Shown here: positions 44,190 to 52,497 of the stretch, in pieces
Layout: each line of letters starts with the position of its first letter
How positions within the stretch are numbered: position 1 is the stretch's first letter
NCBI GenBank assembly: GCA_963804505.1
Contig: CAWDQP010000010.1
Coordinates: 531,607 to 595,606, forward strand
DNA length: 64,000 nucleotides
Origin: an uncultured Thermoplasmata archaeon
GTDB taxonomy: Archaea > Thermoplasmatota > Thermoplasmata > Lutacidiplasmatales > UBA184
Direction of reading: 5' to 3'
Made by a program: the position numbers and the translations under genes
The notes under the pieces: generated by a model
Told to the model about the DNA's origin: nothing
The model's database searches: none
What the model saw: the letters and a program-made list of their open reading frames with translations, nothing else

Positions 44190-45395
44190 GTGCCAGCCGC
44201 CTCGGCGCTCAGCTACTCGTCGTACCACACGTACCTCGAGTGCCCGCTGCGCTGGAAGTTCCTTTACGTCGAGCACCGGCCGGAGCTCCCCCGCGGCTAC
44301 TTCACCTTCGGACGGGTGATCCACTCCGTCCTCGAGGAGCTCGTCCGCCCGTTCGTGGTACCGGCGCCGAAGCGTCCCGGGTCCGGCGACGGGCAGAAGA
44401 CCCTGGACGATTGGTCCGCGGGGTTGTCGGCGGCCACACCGCCCCGCCCCATGACGACCGAGGAGCTCGTGGCAGTGTACGACCGGGCCTGGTCGAGCGA
44501 AGGGTACACCGGACCCGACGAGGAAGCACGGTACCGGAACCTGGGCCGCGATCTGCTCGTACGGTTCCATGATCAGTTCGCCCGGCACCCCGTCGTGCCC
44601 GTTGCCGTGGAGGAGCACCTGGAGGCCCGGTGGGACGGCATCCCCATCCACGGCTACATCGATCGCATCGACCGGACCCCGACCGGGGGCCTCGAGATCG
44701 TGGATTACAAGACGTCGCGGGAGCTCTCCGCCGAGGACGCGCGGGATTCCGATCAGCTCAGCATTTACCAGGTCCTGGTCGAGAACAACTACACGGAACC
44801 GGTCGAGCGGCTGACGCTCCTCCATCTGCGGTCGCTGGTGCCACACCGTACCCCCGCGCGGAACCGGACCGCGCTCGACCCGCTGCACACGCGCCTCGGG
44901 ATGGTCGCGGACGGCATCCGGGAGCAGGCGTTCGAGCCCACGCCCGGCCGCCACTGCGCTCGGTGCGACTTCCGGTCGATCTGCCCCGAGTTCCGGACCG
45001 TTCCGCCCTCCGAGGAAGCACGGCTGGCCGCGCTGGTCGACCGGTTCGAATCGTTGCGGGCGGACGAGCGTCGGCTCAACAGCGAGCTCGCCCGAACCGC
45101 CGAGGAGCTGCACCACGCGGCGGAGTCGTTGGGTCTCCACCGGGTCCCCGGGACCCGGGCCGTGGCGATCCGACTGCGGGAGGAGGCCTGGCGGTCCTCC
45201 CTCGACTCCGTCCGCCCCCTCCTCGAGACCGCGGGCGTCTCCGGCCGGCTTGGGCAGGAGACCTCGGACGACGTCCGCCGCCTCCTGAGGGACACCGACG
45301 TGCCGGCCGAGCTCCGCCGCAAGGTCGCGGAGACCGGGTCGCGGCGGGTGCGCTGGTACTGGGAGCTCGACACCGGGAGCGGCGACCCCCGTTGA
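44190..45395 (+). CDS. PD-(D/E)XK nuclease, RecB/Cas4-like (COG2887 type) with an extra C-terminal domain
   Basis: The motifs are SYSSYHTYLECPLRW, FGRVIHSVLE, GYIDRIDR, EIVDYKTS, QLSIYQ and the Cys cluster HCARCDFRSICPEF. An unassigned helical extension of ~130 aa follows. Confidence 0.7.
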   Translation: MPAASALSYSSYHTYLECPLRWKFLYVEHRPELPRGYFTFGRVIHSVLEELVRPFVVPAPKRPGSGDGQKTLDDWSAGLSAATPPRPMTTEELVAVYDRAWSSEGYTGPDEEARYRNLGRDLLVRFHDQFARHPVVPVAVEEHLEARWDGIPIHGYIDRIDRTPTGGLEIVDYKTSRELSAEDARDSDQLSIYQVLVENNYTEPVERLTLLHLRSLVPHRTPARNRTALDPLHTRLGMVADGIREQAFEPTPGRHCARCDFRSICPEFRTVPPSEEARLAALVDRFESLRADERRLNSELARTAEELHHAAESLGLHRVPGTRAVAIRLREEAWRSSLDSVRPLLETAGVSGRLGQETSDDVRRLLRDTDVPAELRRKVAETGSRRVRWYWELDTGSGDPR

Positions 45396-45485
45396 AGGAT
45401 CCGATCGACCCCGTTCGGCCGCGACGGCGCCGTTCCTGCGCCGGAATCGCGCAAACGCTATGATACGGTCCCGTTACTCCCCTCT

Positions 45486-46552
45486 ATGGGGATTCCCCTC
45501 GCGACCGAGGCGCGCCTCGCCTCTCTCAAGGACCGGCTTCCGTCCGTCACCACCCTCTGCTCCCATTCGTCCCTCCAGATCTTTCACGGAGCGCGGGCGG
45601 AAGGGTTGCCGACGCTCGGGATCTCGGTGGGAAAGCCCCCCCGGTTCTACGACGCGTTCCCCTAGCGCGCCCGGACCGGTTCGTCTCCGTGCCCCGGGTG
45701 AAGGATCTTAGCGGGGCCGTCCCGGCCCTCCGCGACGCGGGGGCGATCCTCGTGCCCCACGGGTCGTTCGTGGAGTACCTGGGGTCGGAGGCGTTCGGGG
45801 CGCTGGACGTTCCGGTGTTCGGCAACCGCGCCGTGCTCGCGTGGGAGTCGGACCGGCGCAAGGAACGCGAGTGGCTCGACTCCGCCGGCGTCCCGATGCC
45901 CAAGCGGTACGACGACGCCTCGGAAGTCGACGGCCCGGCGATCGTGAAGTACTACGGAGCGAAGGGCGGCAAGGGGTTCTTCCTCGCCAAGAATCGCGAA
46001 TCGCTCGCCGATTTCAAACCGACCGGACCGTACGTGATCCAGGAGTACGTCCTCGGCACGCGCTACTACATGCATTTCTTCTACTCGCCGCTCTCCGACC
46101 GCGGCTACCGGGTCGGCCACGGGTCGCTGGAGCTCCTCGGGATGGATCGCCGGGACGAGGCGAACATCGACGAGCTCTACAAGATGGGCGCGCAGGAGGA
46201 ACTGTTGAAGGCGGGCATCCGGCCCACGTTCGTCGTCACGGGGAACGTACCGGTGATCCTGCGCGAGTCGCTGCTGGAGAAGGCGTTCGACGTGGCGGCC
46301 CGGATCGTGGAGCGGTCGATCGAGCTGTTCGGCGGGATGGTCGGGCCGTTCTGCGTCGAGGGGATCATGACGGAGGAGCTCGAGTTCAAGGTGTTCGAGA
46401 TCTCCACGCGGATCGTGGCGGGCACGAACCTGTTCATCGCCGGCAGCCCGTACTCGGACCTGATCGAGCCCGGGCTCTCGACCGGCCGCCGGATCGCGAA
46501 GGAGATCCTGCGCGCCCGGTCCGAGGGACGCCTCGCGGAAGTGCTCAGCTAA
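45486..46552 (+). CDS. purP: 5-formaminoimidazole-4-carboxamide ribonucleotide (FAICAR) synthetase PurP; one frame break at the C-run 45659-45662
   Basis: The N-terminus is TLCSHSSLQIFHGARAEGLPTLGI. ORF 45689..46552 has ILVPHGSFVEYLG, IQEYVLGTRYYMHFFYSP and an ATP-grasp C-terminal half. Adding one C before the TAG at 45663 joins both parts. Confidence 0.85.
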
Positions 46553-46580
46553 GGGAACCTCGGCCGGCGCGGGTCGGACG

Positions 46581-46588
46581 CATTAAGA
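46581..46588 (+). promoter_or_regulatory. TATA-like box for the ABC transporter operon (leaderless)
   Basis: CATTAAGA is centred ~32 nt upstream of the ATG at 46617. Confidence 0.4.
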
Positions 46589-46616
46589 GCGCACCGCTTC
46601 TTCCCGCTTGATTTTC

Positions 46617-47579
46617 ATGCCGGCGGCCATCGTCGCGAAGGGGCTCGGGAAGGTCTACCCCGGGTCCCGCTCCGTCCTCCCGGCCCTCGCGGACCTCTCG
46701 CTCGAGGTCCCCTCGGGCGGGGTCTACGGGCTGATCGGACGCAACGGCGCCGGGAAGACGACGTTCGTCCGCATCGCGGCCACGCAGCTCAACCCGACCT
46801 CGGGCGAAATCCGGGTCCTCGGCCACAACGTCGAGGGCGAGGAACGGGCGATCCGGGCCCGCATCGCCTGCGTTCCCCAGGAGTCCCGGCCCCTCTACTT
46901 TCTCCGGGTCGAGGAGGTCATCTACACCTACCTCAAGATGCGGGGGCTGCCCTCGGCGGACTCCCGGCGGCGGACGAACGACGTCCTCGAGGAGCTCTCG
47001 CTCACGGAGTACCGTCGTCGGCTCGTCAGCCGGCTTTCGGGGGGCCTGCGGCGGCGCACGATCTGCGCCATGGTCCTCGCGTCCGACGCGGACATCCTCT
47101 TCCTGGACGAGCCGACCACCGGGCTCGACCCCCTCGCGCGGCGGGAGGTCTGGGAGGCGATCCGCCGCGCCAGCCGGGAGAATCGGACCATCCTGCTGAC
47201 GACCCATTATCTCGACGAGGCCGAGGCGCTCTCGCGGCGGCTCGCGCTGGTCGAGCGGGGGCGCCTGATGCTCGAAGGGTCGCCGGCCGACCTCCGGGGG
47301 CGGGTGCGATACCCCTACCGCGTCACCGTGCAGGGAAGGCTCGCCCGCGCGGACCTCGAGCCGTACGGCAAGGTCTCCGACATCGAGGGCGGGTACCTCG
47401 TCTTCACGGGCGAGTCGGAGGCGCGGGAGCTCGCCCGACGGGCGCTGGAGGCGGGGGCGCGCCTCACGATGGGCCCGGTGAGCCTGGAGGACATCTTCCT
47501 GGACGTCGTCGGCCGCTCGATCGAGGAGGAGACGTCACCGTCGGCGGAGAATGCCGAGGGCGAGGAGGCGAGCGCGTGA
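46617..47579 (+). CDS. ABC transporter ATP-binding protein (ABC-2/CcmA-like)
   Basis: Intact ORF with GLIGRNGAGKTT (Walker A), LSGGLRRR (signature variant), ILFLDEPTTGLD (Walker B) and THYLDEAE. Confidence 0.85.
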   Translation: MPAAIVAKGLGKVYPGSRSVLPALADLSLEVPSGGVYGLIGRNGAGKTTFVRIAATQLNPTSGEIRVLGHNVEGEERAIRARIACVPQESRPLYFLRVEEVIYTYLKMRGLPSADSRRRTNDVLEELSLTEYRRRLVSRLSGGLRRRTICAMVLASDADILFLDEPTTGLDPLARREVWEAIRRASRENRTILLTTHYLDEAEALSRRLALVERGRLMLEGSPADLRGRVRYPYRVTVQGRLARADLEPYGKVSDIEGGYLVFTGESEARELARRALEAGARLTMGPVSLEDIFLDVVGRSIEEETSPSAENAEGEEASA

Positions 47580-48322
47580 GCCAGCGCAACCGCCTCCGCT
47601 CGCTGTTCACCCTCGTCCTCGTGAACGGGGTGATCCCGATCCGGACGCAGCCGCTCTACCTCGTCAACCTCCTCGCGTCCCCGCTCTCGTTCCTGTTCTT
47701 CATCTACGTCATCTCGCACGGCACGCTGCTCGCCTTCGGGATCACCGGCGGCCTCGTGCTCACGATGCTGACGGCGGGGACGGGGCTCCAATCGGACCTC
47801 ACCCACTACCGCCACGACATGAAGTTCCAGGACGTCGTCGTCGCCTCGCCGGTCGAGGCACCCGTCTACGTTGTCGGGATGGCGTTCAGCGAGCTCGTCT
47901 ACTCGCTCCCCGCGATCGCCGTCTTCGTCTTCCTTTTCGTGGTGAAGGGGTACGCGTCGTTCAACAGCGTCCTGGTCGTGGGCGGCGTCCTCATCCTCGT
48001 CTGGGGGTTCGCCACGGCCCTCGCGTTCACGCTCGCGACCTACTTCGAGGACGTGCGCGAGACGTTCATGTTCAGCCCGCTGATCTCCCTCGATCCTGAC
48101 CGTCCTGCCCCCGTCTACTACCCGCTCGCGTACCTTCCGCACTGGGCGCAGATCATCGCCCGGTTCTCACCGACGACCTACGCGGCGGCGCTCGTGCAGT
48201 GCTCGGTCGGCATCGCGCCGAGCGCGTGCGGGGCCTCCGTTCTCGACTGGGGCGTGCTCGGCGCGGTCACGGCGGGGCTCTTCCTCGTGGCTGCGTTCAA
48301 GGCACGCTGGAAGGATGCGTAG
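47576..48322 (+). CDS. ABC-2 type transporter permease
   Basis: Intact 248-aa ORF with six predicted hydrophobic helices. There is a 4-nt overlap with the ATPase gene. Confidence 0.7.
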   Translation: MSQRNRLRSLFTLVLVNGVIPIRTQPLYLVNLLASPLSFLFFIYVISHGTLLAFGITGGLVLTMLTAGTGLQSDLTHYRHDMKFQDVVVASPVEAPVYVVGMAFSELVYSLPAIAVFVFLFVVKGYASFNSVLVVGGVLILVWGFATALAFTLATYFEDVRETFMFSPLISLDPDRPAPVYYPLAYLPHWAQIIARFSPTTYAAALVQCSVGIAPSACGASVLDWGVLGAVTAGLFLVAAFKARWKDA

Positions 48323-48366
48323 TAACCCGAAACGCACCGACCGCGCGGCCCGTCGCGCGAGCGCTT

Positions 48367-48636
48367 ATGTACCGGGCTCATGGTGGCCCCTCCCCGATGC
48401 TTTCTTTCGCAGACCAACGGAGCTACGAGGCCTCCGACGAGCGGTTCGCGCGCTGTCTTTTTTGCGGCAAGGAAGTGGTCGTTCTCCCCGACGACCGCCG
48501 GCGCGGATCGTGCTTCGATTGCCTGTGCCTGTCCGTAGCGCCGCCGAGCTCGTGCCCCGACTGCGGCGAGTCGATCCCGGGCGAGGAGCGCGGTCTCGGC
48601 TGCCCGAACTGCCGCTGGTATCCCCTGCGCGATTGA
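48367..48636 (+). CDS. Small zinc-ribbon protein
   Basis: The 3' part of ORF 48199..48636 carries two CxxC pairs twice (CLFCGK..CFDCLC; CPDCGE..CPNCRW). The start is either the ATG at 48367 or the ATG at 48397. Confidence 0.4.
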   Translation: MYRAHGGPSPMLSFADQRSYEASDERFARCLFCGKEVVVLPDDRRRGSCFDCLCLSVAPPSSCPDCGESIPGEERGLGCPNCRWYPLRD

Positions 48637-48695
48637 GCGCGGCGCGTCCTTCCGCTAAGCTTATCGGTCACCGGGCCCCCGGCGGGGACGGGCGT

Positions 48696-48813
48696 GCCGA
48701 GGTGGCTCAGTCCGGTACGGCGCGAGCCTGGAAAGCTCGTGGCGGAATACGCCTCGGGAGTTCAAACGCCGCGGCCGGCCGTTCCGGCCCGGCGGAGATT
48801 CTCCCCCTCGGCG
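48696..48813 (+). tRNA. tRNA-Ser(GGA) with a 33-nt intron in the T-loop (position 59/60)
   Basis: The acceptor is GCCGAGG/CCTCGGC (7/7). The D stem has 3 bp, with A14 and G18G19. The anticodon arm is CGAGC-CTGGAAA-GCTCG. The variable-arm hairpin is GGCG-GAATA-CGCC. The T stem is GGGAG/CTCCC (5/5) and the discriminator is G. The T-loop reads TTCAAA[33 nt]T. Confidence 0.65.
48767..48799 (+). other. Putative non-canonical tRNA-Ser intron
   Basis: CGCCGCGGCCGGCCGTTCCGGCCCGGCGGAGAT is self-complementary (CGCCG/CGGCG and GGCCGG/CCGGCC). Removing it restores the canonical TTCAAAT loop. The exact junction is ambiguous by 1 nt. Confidence 0.55.
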
Positions 48814-48859
48814 CTGCCTCCCTCGCTGGGAGCGCACTAGAACGGAGGCATCCCCGACC

Positions 48860-49351
48860 GTGACGGTCCCGCCCCGCGCCGTCGGCGCCACGATGCTCCA
48901 GGTGGACGCGGTCCTTACGCACCTTGCCGGGCGTGCGGCGCTCAACGAGGTCTGCCGGTTCCTGCGCGAATCGTTCCCGCACTTCCGCTGGGTCGGGATC
49001 TACCGGGTGGACGGGGAGACCCTCGTGCTCGAGTCGTGGAACGGGCCGGCGGCGACCGAGCACACCCGGATACCGGTGGGCGCCGGCATCTGCGGACGGG
49101 CCGCGCGGGAGGGCCGGACGGTGATCGTGGAGGACGTGCGCGCGGCGCCCGAGTACCTGGCGTGCTTCCTCGAGACCCGGTCGGAGATCGTCGTCCCGAT
49201 CCGGGACGGCGACCGTGTGGCCGGCGAGATCGACATCGACGGCAACGAAGTGGGAGCGTTCAACGCGAGCGACCGCGACCTGCTCGAGAAGGTCGCACGC
49301 CGGCTCCCCGCCGCGCTCGCGAAGGCGGCGACCGAACCGCCGCCCGCGTGA
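48860..49351 (+). CDS. GAF domain protein (free methionine-R-sulfoxide reductase-like, COG1956)
   Basis: Intact ORF with WVGIYRVDGETLVL..GAGICGRAAREGRTVIVEDV...YLACFLETRSEIVVPI..GEIDIDG. A GGAGG lies 10 nt upstream of the GTG. Confidence 0.7.
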   Translation: MTVPPRAVGATMLQVDAVLTHLAGRAALNEVCRFLRESFPHFRWVGIYRVDGETLVLESWNGPAATEHTRIPVGAGICGRAAREGRTVIVEDVRAAPEYLACFLETRSEIVVPIRDGDRVAGEIDIDGNEVGAFNASDRDLLEKVARRLPAALAKAATEPPPA

Positions 49352-50075
49352 GCCCGCGCTGCATCCTGCGCAGGGCGTCCCGGAGCGCTGCGGGCGCATC
49401 GAACGGGACGAACCGGGGCGTCGTGCCGCGTCGGCGCAGCCGTTGCGCCTCGGCCGCGATCGCGCGGAGCGCCCGCGAGAGGTCGTCCACGATCGGGAGG
49501 TCGGCGGCGCGGCTCGTTCGCGAGAGCGGGTTGAGGTCGATGGAGATGACCCGCTTCCCGAGCGCGCGAAGCGCGTCGGCGCGGTCTCCGTCCTCGAGCG
49601 GGACGAGGCAGACGTCGGCGGGATAGATGCCTCGGGCGTCGACGCGGGCACGGTCCGAGGGAAGTCCCGGGATCCGCCGGGTCGGCCGGACGCCCAGGAC
49701 CTCCGTCACGCCCGCGCGCCGTAGGGCGCGGGCGATCCGGCGCACTCGGTCGGGGGTTCGGTGGAAGAGATTGACCTCCACGCCCAACCCGGGGATCGAA
49801 CGCGCCAACCGCGCGACATCCTTGGCCGCGAGCGCCGCGACGTTCCCGTTCACGCTGACGACCGGTGCGCGCGCCGCCAGAAGCCACCGGGCCGCGGCGC
49901 GCTCCGCGCGCCGGGCGCTCGGGGTCGTGCGCTCCCCCAGAAAGTAATCGAACGACTCCCCGCGCCCGTGAGCGATCAGCCCCTCGGGGACGACCAGTCC
50001 CGCGCGGTGGGCCTTCGCGAGCCGGGACCGGACCACGAGGCTGCGGTACCGGGGATGCCGGGGAGAGAGCCGCAT
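49260..50075 (-). CDS. 4-phosphopantoate--beta-alanine ligase (archaeal phosphopantothenate synthetase, COG1701)
   Basis: The motifs are GLIAHGRGESFDYFLGE, VVSVNGNVAAL, EVNLFHRT, CLVPLEDGDR and ISIDLNPLSRT. The last ~30 aa are Arg-rich and overlap the GAF gene, so the 3' end is doubtful. Confidence 0.75.
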   Translation of the reverse strand: MRLSPRHPRYRSLVVRSRLAKAHRAGLVVPEGLIAHGRGESFDYFLGERTTPSARRAERAAARWLLAARAPVVSVNGNVAALAAKDVARLARSIPGLGVEVNLFHRTPDRVRRIARALRRAGVTEVLGVRPTRRIPGLPSDRARVDARGIYPADVCLVPLEDGDRADALRALGKRVISIDLNPLSRTSRAADLPIVDDLSRALRAIAAEAQRLRRRGTTPRFVPFDAPAALRDALRRMQRGLTRAAVRSPPSRARRGAGVRPSRAGRGRSR

Positions 50076-50091
50076 CGGGCCGTCGGGCGGT

Positions 50092-50829
50092 CTACCCGGA
50101 GCCAGGGGGCTCGCTCGCGGCGTGGTTCTCGGCCGTGCCCTCGGCGGCGCCGAGTCGGCTCTCGAGCGACGCGATCCGGTCGTCGAGCGACTGGAGGCCC
50201 TCCTCGAGCACCTTCGTGAGCGCCAGCTTCAGGCTCTCCTCGAGGGCGACGAGGTCCCGGCCGAGGTCGATCATGCGGCGGGAGTTCTCGTTCAGCAGGA
50301 GCCGGGTCTGCGTTGCGACGCGGTAGGTGTCGGAGAGGTCCTTCGTGAGCTGGTGCGACGAGCGGGCGAACGTCTCCACCGAATCGCCCACCGGCTTCCA
50401 TTTCGTGTCCAGGTTCGCGGCGAGGGCCGCGATGAGCTTCAGGTCGAGCCGCTCGAACGCCGCGTCGACCTCCTTCGACACCTGCTCCGCGAGCGAGGTG
50501 CCGAACCCGTCCAGCCGGGTCTTGACCTCCTGGCCCAGCCCCTCCGCGGATCCCTCGACGCGCTGGACCCGGTCCTCGATCGACTGGAGCCGGGCGGTGA
50601 GGTTGGAGTACGCCGAACCGATCAGCGTCGTGAGCTGACCCTGGCCGAACTCCTGCGCCCGCAGGAGGAGGTGAAGTATCCAGTGCTCGCGGCCCTTCGT
50701 CTCCGCGAGCGGGCCCCGGTCGATCCGATCCCGGACCTCCCGGTCGTCGATCATCGCCTGAAGTTCCTTCAGGACCTCCACGCGGAGGGCGGGGGTCGAG
50801 GCAGCACCTGTCGTAGGACGACCGGCCAT
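50092..50829 (-). CDS. Hypothetical coiled-coil protein
   Basis: Intact 245-aa ORF. It is almost entirely heptad-like helical sequence (LQSIEDRVQRVEGSAEGLGQEVKTRLDGF.., LQSLDDRIASLESRLG). No family is recognised. Confidence 0.5.
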   Translation of the reverse strand: MAGRPTTGAASTPALRVEVLKELQAMIDDREVRDRIDRGPLAETKGREHWILHLLLRAQEFGQGQLTTLIGSAYSNLTARLQSIEDRVQRVEGSAEGLGQEVKTRLDGFGTSLAEQVSKEVDAAFERLDLKLIAALAANLDTKWKPVGDSVETFARSSHQLTKDLSDTYRVATQTRLLLNENSRRMIDLGRDLVALEESLKLALTKVLEEGLQSLDDRIASLESRLGAAEGTAENHAASEPPGSG

Positions 50830-50854
50830 CGAGCGGCGATGGGTCCCGGGTGGC

Positions 50855-50861
50855 TATATAA
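50855..50861 (-). promoter_or_regulatory. TATA box for the coiled-coil gene (leaderless)
   Basis: TATATAA is centred 29 nt upstream of the ATG at 50829 on the minus strand. Confidence 0.5.
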
Positions 50862-51073
50862 GTTGGCGCGGCGGAGCGGGACTCGGCCTAGATTCGACGG
50901 CTTCGGTCGACGACGGTTCTCGCGTCGCGTCGGTGCACGACGCGTTGGCCACGGAAACTCGACCGTATAGTTCTTAAATCGGGTGCGCCCCTTTCTTGGG
51001 TGGCAGAAATGCCCCCCGGTGCCGGGTACCGGGGCATTGCGTCCCTCGACGGGACATAGGAGAAGAAGAAATC

Positions 51074-51250
51074 ATGGCTCGACCACCGAAGAGCAAGGCG
51101 AAGCGACGAGTTGGACTGGCCGTATACCTCGAACCGGCGATCCTGCGGAAGCTGCGGGACGCGGCCGAAGGCGACCGCCGATCGACCTCGACTCAGGCGG
51201 CCCTCTACATCGAGGAAGGCCTCGGGCTGCGGAAGCCGCGGCCCCGCTGA
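51074..51250 (+). CDS. Ribbon-helix-helix (CopG/Arc-like) DNA-binding protein
   Basis: The ATG at 51074 is preceded by GGAGAAGAAG. The 58-aa product is MARPPKSKAKRRVGLAVYLEPAILRKLRDAAEGDRRSTSTQAALYIEEGL, with a beta-strand then helix-helix pattern. Confidence 0.55.
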   Translation: MARPPKSKAKRRVGLAVYLEPAILRKLRDAAEGDRRSTSTQAALYIEEGLGLRKPRPR

Positions 51251-51274
51251 GCGGTCCCCCGCCGGCGCCCCGGG

Positions 51275-52454
51275 TCAGCGGGGGGCGCCGGCCGCCGCTG
51301 CCGAATCGAAATCCGGGCCGAGCAGTTCGCGCGCGACGATTTGGCGGCGGATCTCCGACGTGCCGGCGCCGATCTCGAGCAGTTTCGCGTCCCGCGCAAG
51401 GCGCTCGAGCGGCAGGTCGCGCATGTAGCCGTACCCTCCGTGGATCTGGATCGCCTCCAGGGCGTGGCGCGTGGACGCCTCGGACGCGTAGGTGAGCGCC
51501 GCGGCGCACGCCTTGCGGCGCGCGGGGTCGGCCGCCACGTCCTCGAGCGCTTGCTGCATCAGGAGCCGCGACGCCGTGAGGTCGGCGTACATGTTCGCCA
51601 GTTTCGCCTGGATAAGCTGGAAGGCACCGATCTTGTGGCCGAACTGCTCCCGCTGCCGGGCGTACGCCACAGAGCGCTCGAGGCACTCGGCCAGGATGCC
51701 CACGGGAATGGCGGAAAGGACCGCGCGCTCGACGTTCAGCCCGCTCATCATGATCCGGACCCCTTCGTTCTCTCCGCCGACGCGGTGGCTCAGCGGCACG
51801 TGGACCTCCTGGAACGCGAGCTCGCCGGTCGGCGACCCGCGCATGCCCATCTTGTCGAGGCTCTTCGCGACCGAGAACCCGGGGGAGCCGGACTGGACCA
51901 GAAACGCGCTGATCCCGCGGCCGCCGAGCTCGGGGGCGGTCTTCGCGTACACCAGCACGAGGTCGGCGACGGGGCCGTTCGTGATGAACTGCTTCGTACC
52001 CGAGAGCTCGTAGTGGTCCCCCCGTCCGCTCGGCGCGGGTGCTCAGGGAGACGGCGTCCGAGCCGGCGCTCGGCTCGGTGAGCGCCAGCGCGCCGATCTC
52101 CTCGCCGCTCGCGATCCTCGGCAGGAATCGAGCCCGCTGCTCGTCGCTGCCGTTCCGGGCGAGGTTGTCGGCGAAGAGGTTCGAGTGGGCCCCCACGCTG
52201 AGGGCGAGCGCCGGGCTCACCCGCGCGATCTCCTCGAGAATGATCGCCTGAGCGCGGTAGGAAAGACCGAGGCCGCCGTACTCGGTGGGGATCGTGGGAG
52301 CGAGGAACCCCTGCTCGCCGAGGTGGCGGAAAAGGTCCCTCGGGAACCAGTCCTCCCGGTCCATCCGGTCGGCGACCGGGGCGACCTCCTTGCGGGCGAA
52401 CTTTCGCGCGGCCTCGGTGAGGTCGCGCTCCTCCGCCGAGAGCTCGGGTGCCAC
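51275..52454 (-). CDS. Acyl-CoA dehydrogenase; one frame break near 52020
   Basis: The N-terminal helical domain lies in ORF 51072..52454 (FARKEVAP.., [10 protein letters not shown]). The rest lies in ORF 51275..51958 (GISAFLV.., [40 protein letters not shown]). Confidence 0.85.
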
Positions 52455-52497
52455 GTCCCGGGCGAGAGCCCGGCGAGGATAACGGTTGTCGGCCGCC

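Noticed and set aside
45663-45665. An in-frame TAG inside purP, as possible pyrrolysine or programmed read-through.
   Set aside because: The downstream conserved sequence is in a different frame, not the same one. Adding one C to the CCCC run immediately before the TAG joins both halves (..YDAFPLARPDRF..). A homopolymer indel explains it.
50996-51073. An N-terminal extension of the RHH gene from the TTG at 50996 (the ORF track's 84-aa version).
   Set aside because: The extension (GGRNAPRCRVPGHCVPRRDIGEEEI) is not protein-like. The internal ATG at 51074 has a GGAG box at the right distance and yields a canonical-length RHH protein.
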